Below, one piece after another: positions 32,458 through 45,710 of a DNA stretch of 64,000 nt. The stretch is from Planctomycetota bacterium (lineage in GTDB: Bacteria > Planctomycetota > B15-G4), in NCBI GenBank assembly GCA_965248575.1, contig CBDFJQ010000002.1:736001-800000 (forward strand), read 5' to 3'. A program made the translations under genes and the position numbers. Under the pieces are notes generated by a model. The model was not told the origin of the DNA. It ran no database searches and saw only the letters and a program-made list of their open reading frames with translations. The first letter of the stretch is position 1. Each line of letters opens with the position of its first letter.

Positions 32458-32485
32458 GGCTGGATCGCGAGAGGAGATAAGACAG

Positions 32486-32845
32486 ATGGTTCGTGTGCAT
32501 TCCGGTGTTGCTCGTCACAAGCGCGTCAAGCGGATCCTGAAGAAGGCCAAGGGCTACCGCGCCACCCGCAGCAAGCACCTCAAGGACGCCAAGGACACGC
32601 TCAAGCGTGCCGGCGCTTTCGCCTACGCTCACCGCCGCTTGAAGCGTCGCAATCTGCGCAAGCTCTGGATTGTGCGCATCAATGGCGCGGTCCGGGCCGA
32701 AGGCATGACCTACAGCACCTTCATGTGTGCGCTGAAGAAGGCCGAGATCGAGCTGGACCGCAAGGTGCTCTCCGAAATGGCAGCCCGCGAGCCCGAGGCT
32801 TTCTCGGCGCTGGTGGCTACCGTCAAGGAAAAGGCAGCGGCCTGA
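32486..32845 (+). CDS. rplT: 50S ribosomal protein L20
   Basis: [29 protein letters not shown]. Confidence 0.97.
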   Translation: MVRVHSGVARHKRVKRILKKAKGYRATRSKHLKDAKDTLKRAGAFAYAHRRLKRRNLRKLWIVRINGAVRAEGMTYSTFMCALKKAEIELDRKVLSEMAAREPEAFSALVATVKEKAAA

Positions 32846-32906
32846 CGCAGCGTTCGTTCCCTTCGCGGGGTAGATCACCCCTTCCGCGCGGGTGCGATGC
32901 AGCGAG

Positions 32907-33905
32907 ATGAAGGCCAGACTCGACACGCTTGTCGCAGAGGTTCTGGAGCGGATCCGCATCGCGGACTCTGCGGCAGCCCTTGAGCACATCGAGCAGACAG
33001 ACCTCGCACGCAAGGGCGAGCTGTTGGGCTTGATGCGTGGCATCAAGAACCTGCCAGCCGATGAGCGGGCTCCCTTTGGGCAGGCGGTTAATCAGGCCAA
33101 GGCGTCCCTCGAAGTCGCTGTGGGGGAGCGCAAGGCCGAGTTCGTCAGCGCCAAGGTGGAGGCCGCCACCTCGGATGAGCACTTCGACCCCACCGAGCCA
33201 GCGGGGCCGTTGCCCGGCGGCCATCTGCACCCCATCACCCAGGTGAGGCGGGAGGTGGAGTCCATCTTCACGAGCCTCGGTTTCTCGGTCGTGGACGGTC
33301 CGGAAGCAGAGACGGAAGAGTTCAACTTCGATCTGCTGAACATCCCAGCGCACCATCCCGCGCGAGATCATCAGGACACGATGTGGGTGGACACGGGCCA
33401 CGTCATGCGGACCCACACATCCCCCGTTCAACTGCGCGCCATGCGTCGGGCCGAGGGCAAGGTGCCGGTGCGGGTGATTGCACCCGGGCGCGTCTTCCGG
33501 AACGAACAGCCTGACGCCACCCACGAGCACACCTTTCATCAGGTGGAAGGCCTGATGGTGGACGAGGGCGTCTCCGTGGCGGATCTGAAGGGCATCCTGC
33601 GCCTCGTGCTTTCGCGGATCTTTGGTGGCTCGGTGGAAGTCCGGCTGCGGCCGCACTATTTCCCATTCGTCGAACCCGGCTTCGAGCTGGACATGCGCCC
33701 CGCGGGGTCTGACGGCGAATGGTTGGAGATGCTGGGCTGCGGCATGGTGCACCCCGAAGTCCTGAGGGCTGGCGGCATGGACCCCGAGCGGGTGTCTGGC
33801 TTTGCCTTTGGAATGGGCCTCGATCGCCTGGCGATGATGCGTTTCGGCATTGAAGATGTGCGTTGGATGATGAGCGGCGACCCCCGCTTCCTGCAGCAGT
33901 TCTGA
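32907..33905 (+). CDS. pheS: Phenylalanine--tRNA ligase alpha
   Basis: GHLHP, HPARD, RTHTSPVQ, FHQVEGL, YFPFVEP, GFAFGMGLDR. Confidence 0.97.
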   Translation: MKARLDTLVAEVLERIRIADSAAALEHIEQTDLARKGELLGLMRGIKNLPADERAPFGQAVNQAKASLEVAVGERKAEFVSAKVEAATSDEHFDPTEPAGPLPGGHLHPITQVRREVESIFTSLGFSVVDGPEAETEEFNFDLLNIPAHHPARDHQDTMWVDTGHVMRTHTSPVQLRAMRRAEGKVPVRVIAPGRVFRNEQPDATHEHTFHQVEGLMVDEGVSVADLKGILRLVLSRIFGGSVEVRLRPHYFPFVEPGFELDMRPAGSDGEWLEMLGCGMVHPEVLRAGGMDPERVSGFAFGMGLDRLAMMRFGIEDVRWMMSGDPRFLQQF

Positions 33906-33929
33906 TCCCCAAGCAGACTCGACCGAACC

Positions 33930-36326
33930 ATGGATCTCTCCCTGAACTGGCTGTCCGACTACGTGGACCTCTCGGGGCTCACGCCCGAGACCATTGCGCA
34001 CGAACTGACCATGAAGACCGCCTTGATCGAGGGTTTCGTGGACCATCGAGCCGCCCTGACAGGCGTGATGGTGGGCGAAGTGCTCAGCTGCGGCCCGCAC
34101 CCTGGCGCGGATCGCTTGCGCGTCTGCGAGGTGTCGGTGGGTGACGGCGCGGAGCCGGCCCACGTGGTGTGCGGCGCGCCCAATGTTGAGCCCGGCCAGA
34201 AGGTCGTCTACGCCCCGGTGGGCGTTCGTTTGCCCAACGGCGTCAAGCTGAAGAAGGCCAAGATCCGTGGCGAGCCCAGCTACGGCATGATCTGTGCCGA
34301 GGACGAGCTGGGCTTGGGGCCGGAGCACGATGGCATCCTCGTGCTGGACCAGGAGCTGGCAGCGGGTACGCCCATTGCGGACATCCCCGGCATGGCCGAT
34401 GTCGTCTTCGACATCGACAACAAGAGCGTGACCCACCGGCCGGACCTGTGGGGGCACTTCGGTTTCGCCCGTGAGCTGGCCGTGATCTTCGGGCGGGAGC
34501 TGAAGCCGCTGGCCCTACACACCGGGCTGACCGCTGGCGATGCCGGGCCGCAGATCAACCTTGATGAGGACTGTGGATGCACGCTCTATGCGGGTCTCTG
34601 CGCGGATGGCGTCAGCGCTCGCACCCCTGATTGGATGCGGTTCCGCTTGGTTGCCTGCGGCATGCGTCCGATCAACCTGGCGGTGGACCTGTCGAACTAC
34701 GTGATGCTCGAGTTGGGCCAACCCACCCATCCCTTCGATCGGGATCAGCTGGCCGGCGATTGCATCCGGGTCCGGCGCGGAGAGCCAGGCGAGTCGCTGA
34801 CGACCTTGGACGAGGTGAAGCGGGAGCTTGGTCCAGACGACACCGTCATCGCCGACGGACAACAAGGCGTGGCCATTGCCGGAATCATGGGCAGTGCAGA
34901 TGCCGAGGTGGGGGAGGGGACAAAGCGCCTCTTCCTTGAATCAGCCTCCTTCGATTCCGTGAGGGTTCGCAAAACGTCCAGCCGGCTGGGGCTGCGATCC
35001 GAAGCACTCTCCCGTTTCGAGAAGGTGCTCGACCCGGGGTTGGTTGAGTGCGCCGTGGCCCGCTATGCCGAACTGCTGCGTCAGCTGGACCCGGACGCGG
35101 TCCTCTCGACGACCTACCGGGTGGCTGGAGAGGCTGTCGCGCCGGAAATCGAGATCGAGCTCGATCCGGGCATGGTGCAGCGCACCTTGGGCACCGACGT
35201 TGAGCTGGACACCATGCGCGGCGCTCTCGAGGGGCTCGGTTTCGAATGGCGCGAAGGGGACGGGCAGCGGCTGGCGGTGAAGGTTCCGCCCTGGCGTGCC
35301 ACGCGCGATGTGACCAGCGCCGAAGACCTGGTGGAAGAGGTGGGTCGCGTCGTGGGTTACGACTCGATCCCCATTCGGCATCCCATCGGCCCGCTTCTGA
35401 TCGGCGACCGGGATCCCGTGGTCAAGGTCGAGGAGGCTTTGCGGGATGTACTCGCGCAGCGGGCTTCCTGCACTGAGGTCTTCAGCTATTCGACTCTTCG
35501 CGACCGCACCGTCGAGATCTTGGCCTTGGAGCTCCCCGAGGGGCAGCCGCGGCTCACGAACGCACTCCAGCAGGATGCCTCTCGGCTCCGCCCTTCCGTC
35601 ATGCCCGAGCTGCTGATGCAGATGGAGTCTTGGTTGCGCTCGGCGCCCGAAGCGCGCTTGTTCGAGGTGGGGCGTGGGTACTCCCCAGATGCAGAGACCG
35701 GTCTCCGGGAGCATCGTGAGGTGGCCGTGCTCTTGGTGAAGCGCGGTTCAACGGATGACCGGGAAATGGTGCGCGACGTCCGAGGTATCGTGGACGCGGC
35801 GGTGCGTGGCGCGGGCCGTGATGAAGCCACCTTGAGCGCGTCCAAGCCTGACGCCAACGAACCCTGGTGGCACCCGCACCGCCACGCCCAGGCGGAGCTG
35901 GACGGCCGTATCGTGGCACGATTCGGAGCACTCAATCCGGCCACACTCGCGCGGATCGGGCTGGACGTCACAGCCGCCGGAGTCCTGCTCGATCCCGCCG
36001 CATTGGCCGGTTGTCCGCGTGCGGCGAGTCACTATCAAGCTCCTTCGCGATTGCCGCCTGCACTGTGTGACCTGGCTTTCGTAGCGAAGTACGAACTGTC
36101 GACGGATGTGCTGCTCGAGGCCATCCGCAAGAGCGGCCCCAAGACACTTGCGAGTGTGGAGCCTTTCGACGTCTTCCGGGGTGGCGCCCTGGGCAAGGAT
36201 GAGCGATCGGTTGCCTTCCACCTCACCTTCCGGGCGAAGGATCGGACACTGTCAGAGGATGATCTGAGTCGTGCCCGGGAGCGGATCGTCAAGGGGGTGG
36301 AGCAACTCGGGGCGCGGCTGCGCTGA
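33930..36326 (+). CDS. pheT: Phenylalanine--tRNA ligase beta
   Basis: HPGADRL, VVCGAPNV, LGQPTHPFD; C-terminal FDX-ACB domain DRTLSEDD. Confidence 0.96.
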   Translation: MDLSLNWLSDYVDLSGLTPETIAHELTMKTALIEGFVDHRAALTGVMVGEVLSCGPHPGADRLRVCEVSVGDGAEPAHVVCGAPNVEPGQKVVYAPVGVRLPNGVKLKKAKIRGEPSYGMICAEDELGLGPEHDGILVLDQELAAGTPIADIPGMADVVFDIDNKSVTHRPDLWGHFGFARELAVIFGRELKPLALHTGLTAGDAGPQINLDEDCGCTLYAGLCADGVSARTPDWMRFRLVACGMRPINLAVDLSNYVMLELGQPTHPFDRDQLAGDCIRVRRGEPGESLTTLDEVKRELGPDDTVIADGQQGVAIAGIMGSADAEVGEGTKRLFLESASFDSVRVRKTSSRLGLRSEALSRFEKVLDPGLVECAVARYAELLRQLDPDAVLSTTYRVAGEAVAPEIEIELDPGMVQRTLGTDVELDTMRGALEGLGFEWREGDGQRLAVKVPPWRATRDVTSAEDLVEEVGRVVGYDSIPIRHPIGPLLIGDRDPVVKVEEALRDVLAQRASCTEVFSYSTLRDRTVEILALELPEGQPRLTNALQQDASRLRPSVMPELLMQMESWLRSAPEARLFEVGRGYSPDAETGLREHREVAVLLVKRGSTDDREMVRDVRGIVDAAVRGAGRDEATLSASKPDANEPWWHPHRHAQAELDGRIVARFGALNPATLARIGLDVTAAGVLLDPAALAGCPRAASHYQAPSRLPPALCDLAFVAKYELSTDVLLEAIRKSGPKTLASVEPFDVFRGGALGKDERSVAFHLTFRAKDRTLSEDDLSRARERIVKGVEQLGARLR

Positions 36327-36332
36327 GCGCGC

Positions 36333-36360
36333 TTGACCGCCCGTTTGGGCGGGGTATGGT
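36333..36360 (+). promoter_or_regulatory. Putative sigma70 promoter for 6S RNA
   Basis: TTGACC-16 nt-TATGGT ending about 8 nt before the 6S closing stem. Confidence 0.6.
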
Positions 36361-36367
36361 CCAGCGC

Positions 36368-36551
36368 AGCCGTGTCGGTTCCAGCGCATCCATTTTGCGC
36401 TCCCGAGCCTTTACGTCCGAAGCGGGAACTGCCGTGTGAACGCTTTCGTCATGCCTGCCCTGTGCAGGACTTCTCGAGTGGTCACTGTGTTCCCACCTGG
36501 TTTCAGTACCAGGCTTCGGGAGTGCTCCTCGTCGTTGGAACCGGCTCGGCG
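36368..36551 (+). ncRNA. ssrS: 6S RNA
   Basis: About 182-nt rod: closing stem 36369-36386/36533-36550; GCGCTCCCGAGCCT pairs with AGGCTTCGGGAGTGC; central bubble; GGGAAC/GTTCCC; CCCACCTG..CAGG motif; located downstream of pheT. Confidence 0.8.
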
Positions 36552-36651
36552 TTCACGGGTTGTGACATCTTGCGTCTGCCACAGAGCGCTGCTGGAACAC
36601 CCGCCGTCACGCCCGTAGGATCGCTCCACGCGGCAACTTGGGAGTGGTCTG

Positions 36652-37911
36652 ATGGCGAAAGTCTTGCTTGTAGTGGTCTTGCTGGCCGGTGGTTCCTACT
36701 GGTTGTGGGGGGGGCAAGACGCCGTACCCGCCCAGGCAGGCGGCAAGGCCGTGGTCTTGGATCCTGCCCAGGTGCAGGGACAAGTGCATGGACAGGTGCA
36801 GGGAGCTGATCTGAGGGCGACAGCCGAGAATCTTGGTGTCGACCAGGGCGGCGCGCCAGCAGGCCGGAAAGCCAGCCCGTCACAGCGGCCTGGTCCCCCA
36901 GATGGGAGTGTCCGGCGTGGAAGCAAGGCGGGTGCGAAGCTCGACGGAGCCCAGGGGCAGCGCCGAGGCAGCCCCGCTGACCCGATCGACACGTACGGGA
37001 ACAGCGACGGCGGGCCAAGCTCGGCACGGCTCATGAAGACGGACGATCGCTCGGCTCGGGCTGCCAAGCCCTCTGAACAGACGGACGCTCTCCTGCTCCG
37101 GGCGATGGAACTGGGGTCCCAGGGCGATGCCCAAGGGGCCGCCTCCCTGCTGCGCGATGGCATGTCGAGGAGCAAGCGGCCCCAGGACGTGGCTCGTATG
37201 GGCCTCTTTCTCGCCAAGCAAGCCGTCAACCCGGCGGAAGCACGACGCTTGCTGACAAATGCACTCCAGAACGGCGTTGTGTTCGACGCCGAGTACGAGG
37301 TCGTCAGTGACCAGCTGCAAGAACTCAACCGGAGCACAGGCGGGTCCCTGCTACCGCTCCTTCAGGTGCAGGAGTACGTGGTTGAAGCCAACGACAACCT
37401 CTGGACCCTGTGCAACAAGGTGTTTCCGAAGGAATACTCGGCCTCGCCTGAGGTGGGCCTGATTCAGCTGCTCAATGGGATGGCGGGCACCAACCTGAGG
37501 GTCGGCGAGACCCTGGCGATTCCTCTGGAGGATGTCAGGGTCGAGGTGGACCGTGGGAACCATGGACTCGTGGTCTATCTGGGCAATGTGGCGCTGGCGG
37601 CCTACCGCGTGGGGCTCGGTAAGGAGAATCGAACCCCAAGTGGGGAGTTTCAGATCGAGGTGAAGCTCGAGGAACCCACCTGGCACCACGACGGGCGCGT
37701 CATCCCTTTCGGCGACCCCGCGAATATTCTCGGCACTCGCTGGCTCGGCTTTGAGAACAAGCCCGGGGTCATGGGGTACGGCATTCACGGCACAGCTCAC
37801 CCTGAGAGCGTCGGGAGCGACGAATCCATGGGATGCGTGCGGATGAGGAATGAGGAGGTCGAAGAGCTCTTTGGCCTCGTGCCACGTGGGACGAAGGTCA
37901 GCATCCCCTAG
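36652..37911 (+). CDS. Membrane-anchored LysM + L,D-transpeptidase (YkuD family)
   Basis: YVVEANDNLWTL LysM; YGIHGT...SMGCVRM catalytic His/Cys motif. Confidence 0.9.
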   Translation: MAKVLLVVVLLAGGSYWLWGGQDAVPAQAGGKAVVLDPAQVQGQVHGQVQGADLRATAENLGVDQGGAPAGRKASPSQRPGPPDGSVRRGSKAGAKLDGAQGQRRGSPADPIDTYGNSDGGPSSARLMKTDDRSARAAKPSEQTDALLLRAMELGSQGDAQGAASLLRDGMSRSKRPQDVARMGLFLAKQAVNPAEARRLLTNALQNGVVFDAEYEVVSDQLQELNRSTGGSLLPLLQVQEYVVEANDNLWTLCNKVFPKEYSASPEVGLIQLLNGMAGTNLRVGETLAIPLEDVRVEVDRGNHGLVVYLGNVALAAYRVGLGKENRTPSGEFQIEVKLEEPTWHHDGRVIPFGDPANILGTRWLGFENKPGVMGYGIHGTAHPESVGSDESMGCVRMRNEEVEELFGLVPRGTKVSIP

Positions 37912-37967
37912 GGGGCGATCGATCGATCCAGGGCTCTGGCTCTGGAGACGGGGCACACGGCTTTGTG

Positions 37968-38021
37968 GGGCTGGCATGCCTTCGGGTGCTGGCAGGCCCA
38001 TGGGAGCCGGCAGGCCCATGG
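37968..38021. repeat. Degenerate 18-bp tandem repeat (x3)
   Basis: gggctggcatgccttcgg / gtgctggcaggcccatgg / gagccggcaggcccatgg. Confidence 0.6.
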
Positions 38022-38320
38022 GGGCTGGGGCAGGCTTGCGGGAGCTCGCAGGGCGGACCGGAAACAGCCATGAGGAGTTGGCCGTGGGCGCCGTGCCCAC
38101 CCCGCCCAATGGCGGGTGATGGGGCGGTCGACTGGAGGCGATTCCGAACGATGATCTCGTCCCCAAAAAAGGGACGTCTCGGGTCAACCCGCCGCCTCCG
38201 ATGCCGGCAACCGCGAAAATCAGGAAGTGCCCGTCCTGGGCTCAAAACCCTAGTTTTGTAGACTTCTCGATGTCCAGTTCGCTGGGCGAGATGCACCCGG
38301 CAGAGCCTTCCCAAAGACTT

Positions 38321-38378
38321 TCGAAAAAAGGGAGATACGGCTCTTGCCCGGGGTTGGCGAATCGGTACCATTCGCGGC
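38321..38378 (+). promoter_or_regulatory. Putative rRNA operon promoter
   Basis: A-tract at 38324-38329; TTGCCC(38344)-16 nt-TACCAT(38366); GC-rich discriminator; boxA-like GGTCTTTGAAA at about 38506. Confidence 0.55.
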
Positions 38379-38654
38379 TCACCTACGGGTGAGAAAAAGC
38401 CAGTCCAGCACACCAAGGACGCCGTCAGGCACCGGAAGTGGGTTGGAGAATGGAGGCCCTCGACACCTCGTGTCGGGCGTCTCGTAGGCCTTGGCTGGGC
38501 CATGCGGTCTTTGAAATATCGGTAGCAAGCTTGCTTGAGTGTGTGTGAGCAACGCACGTGCGATGGGCGTTTACGTCCGCGCAGGTGACGTTGTCGATTC
38601 CATGCATCCTCGCGACCTTCCCGGTTGCGATGGGTGCTTCAGGTCAAATCAATC

Positions 38655-40199
<1,545 letters not shown>

Positions 40200-40317
40200 G
40201 GGATAACTAGACGTGTCATCGCCAGTGATGGAGATGGCATGAAGAATCATCGGCACACGTCTCGAGCAAGCTTGCTGCCTTTTTTCCTCTCGGCCGATCC
40301 CTGTGCCGACTTACCAC

Positions 40318-40394
40318 GGGCCTATAGCTCAGTTGGTTAGAGCGTACGCCTGATAAGCGTAAGGTCTGTGGTTCGAATCCACATAGGCCCACCA
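40318..40394 (+). tRNA. tRNA-Ile(GAT)
   Basis: Cloverleaf; anticodon loop CT-GAT-AA; GTTCGAATCC; encoded CCA. Confidence 0.97.
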
Positions 40395-40402
40395 CTTTGT
40401 GC

Positions 40403-40478
40403 GGGGGCGTAGCTCAGTTGGTAGAGCTCCTGCTTTGCAAGCAGGTGGTCGCAGGTTCGAAACCTGTCGCCTCCACCA
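40403..40478 (+). tRNA. tRNA-Ala(TGC)
   Basis: GGGGGCG acceptor with G3:U70; CCTGC-TTTGCAA-GCAGG anticodon arm; CCA. Confidence 0.97.
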
Positions 40479-40776
40479 TGTGGTGATTAGATCGAACGAG
40501 CACGAAGCACTGTGCTCCGTAGCATGCTACCGACGAGGAAAACGGGTGGTTCACGGTTCGCGACCACGACACCAGGTCTCTCTTTGAGATTCGACGTGTT
40601 GTGTTCACGCGCCGGGCAGCCCGGCAGCCGGCATCCGAGTCATGATGGGTTTCCCATGTGGCACCGCGGAGCTGGCGCAGACGTTCTTTGACAAATCTGG
40701 ATGTGGTATCACGTCACGAAGACGATATATCTATCCGAATACAATCTCGAGCAGGATCCTGATTCTTAAGAAATGT

Positions 40777-43771
<2,995 letters not shown>

Positions 43772-43911
43772 ACATTTCTTCGCTGCCTCTTGTCTTCTTT
43801 GGAAGACCGGAGAGGTAGCGGAGGATGGAGCTGCTGGGATTGTAGGCACGGCAGGAATGCCTGTGCCACGGACCATCGCTCGAGGCGTGTACCACATCCA
43901 GATATCGTATC

Positions 43912-44024
43912 TTCCCGGTGCTCATGCCGGTCTGGCCACACCTGTTCCCATTCCGAACACAGTCGTTAAGCAGATCGGGCCGATGGTATTGGCTAACGTT
44001 GAGAGAGTAGGTTGGCGCCGGGGC
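43912..44024 (+). rRNA. rrf: 5S rRNA (short, about 112 nt)
   Basis: CCCGGTG...CACCTGTTCCCATTCCGAACAC...GAGAGTAGG..CGCCGGG. Confidence 0.95.
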
Positions 44025-44032
44025 TTAACTGC

Positions 44033-44080
44033 AAAGAGCCCGTTGCTCCGCGAAAGCGTGAGCGGCGGGCTCTTTTTTTT
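44033..44080 (+). terminator. Rho-independent terminator of the rrn operon
   Basis: AAAGAGCCCGTTGCTC...GAGCGGCGGGCTCT hairpin followed by a T-run. Confidence 0.9.
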
Positions 44081-44447
44081 GTGATGGCGGGTGGGGCGTA
44101 TTGATCTCGTTCTAGAACCCCGAATGTCTGGACTCCGGAGGGACCACGGGGCTCCACGGTCAGTTGCTGGTTGTAGGGCAGGCGGGGCCTGCCTTCCTTT
44201 GTAGCAACGGGCTCTGTTGGGTCCTTCTCGGCTGCCCTCGTTTGCAGAGTTTGCCTTCTAAACAGGTATTTGGCGCCGGTTTGGAAGCTTTGCCCTGGAT
44301 TTTGGATTTGGCTCTGCGGGCGGTCAAGTTGCCCCAGAAGGGGGACGATATCGGTGGTCCACTGAGTGTTTCGACCGGTCACGGTTGCGCTCGGCTGACC
44401 CTGAGGTGGCCCGCTTGAAGCCCGCAGTCCCATTCGATGAGCAGACC

Positions 44448-45518
44448 GTGGGCGGGAACGACTCCCGGTGGTCGCTCGGTGTGCTGCTTGGGTTATCGCT
44501 TGTCTTCCTGCTCGGGGTTTCGCCCCTTGCGCCAGTCTGGGCACGACGTGCCGCGAGTCCCGTTGCGGTCAAAAGCCCGTCGCCAGCGGCGAAGCTGAAG
44601 ATCCGACTCGGGATGCCCTTGGTCTTCAGGCCCATTGCGCTTTCTTTGGTTGAGCCGACGACGCGGCGTGCCGCGCTGCCTGCTTTGCGGAGTTCCCGCT
44701 CCTCGTCGTGGTTGGTTGACCAGCCGGAGCCACGAGTGGCTCGGCCCCTCCAACTGGACGCGCGGATTCATTCATCTGCTTCTTGGGTTGGGGCTCCGGC
44801 CAAGGCCTTGCAGGGCAGGTCGTTGGATCCTGGGCACCGGGTGCCTGACGGCAGCTCCTCCGTGCTTTCGAGCCTGGGGCGAGTTGTTGAGCCTGAAGCC
44901 TCGTTCATGCTGGGCGGGGTAGAGCCCCGCATGAGGGTTCGGTCATCGCCCGGCGGCATGATTAGGTTGTCCTTCGGAGCCCCTGTGGTTGTGCCTGTCG
45001 CCGGGCGTGCCTTCGGTATTGGTTTGGCGGCGCCGCTGGTCGAGCGTATTCCTGGGCCGCGTGTGGATCGTCTGGTTCGCGCGCTGGGCGAGTCGGTCGG
45101 TACGCCGTCGGGCTCACGGTTCGGGAGAACACGGCGGGCAATCGGCGACGCGACAGAGTCTTCTGGATCCGAGTCGGATGGTGGCAGCGCCCTTGCGCTG
45201 GGTGCACAGGGATTGGGATCTGCTCCCGAACCAGCAATAGCGCCCGGATCCGGACCTGATTTGTCGGGTGCCGGCAGCATGGAGGTCCATTGGGCCTCCG
45301 AGTCAGCGGGCCTGAGCACCTTCGTCGGTGGGCGGCAAGGCGCTGTCGATGGTCATGCATCGGCCTTCGGTCGGGAGATCGGGGCCGCGGCAGGCTTTCA
45401 GTTTCAGGGCAGCGACTCGCGGGCCTATCGGATTCTGGTTGCTCAGAAGTTCCAGAACGATCTCGACGCGCCGGTTCAACAACCGAAGATCCAGTTCGAG
45501 CTCAATGTCCGGTTCTAG
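44448..45518 (+). CDS. Hypothetical exported protein, possible outer-membrane beta-signal
   Basis: Signal-peptide-like SLGVLLGLSLVFLLGVSPLAPVWA; C-terminus KIQFELNVRF; start uncertain. Confidence 0.45.
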   Translation: MGGNDSRWSLGVLLGLSLVFLLGVSPLAPVWARRAASPVAVKSPSPAAKLKIRLGMPLVFRPIALSLVEPTTRRAALPALRSSRSSSWLVDQPEPRVARPLQLDARIHSSASWVGAPAKALQGRSLDPGHRVPDGSSSVLSSLGRVVEPEASFMLGGVEPRMRVRSSPGGMIRLSFGAPVVVPVAGRAFGIGLAAPLVERIPGPRVDRLVRALGESVGTPSGSRFGRTRRAIGDATESSGSESDGGSALALGAQGLGSAPEPAIAPGSGPDLSGAGSMEVHWASESAGLSTFVGGRQGAVDGHASAFGREIGAAAGFQFQGSDSRAYRILVAQKFQNDLDAPVQQPKIQFELNVRF

Positions 45519-45710
45519 AAGCGCTGCCTGAGTTCAGGGCGCCGGTGGCTTGGCGACTTGGTGGTGCGTACGAGGCTTCTCCGTCCTCCGGCTGTCGAGT
45601 CGTAGCTGTGACGGCACGGTGTGCTCACAGCTGCGTGCCGCGTTCGCTTTGGGCATCCAGTATCGTAGGCCAGTGTTGACTTGAATCCTGGTCGAGGCGA
45701 GAGCTCGAGG

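Noticed and set aside
36333..36809. 158-aa ORF between pheT and the LD-transpeptidase
   Set aside because: Its TTG is the -35 box, and the region is better explained by the 6S RNA structure
37912..38320. Small ORFs or ncRNA upstream of the rrn promoter
   Set aside because: Only a degenerate 18-bp repeat and short hairpins; no convincing coding signal or known RNA motif
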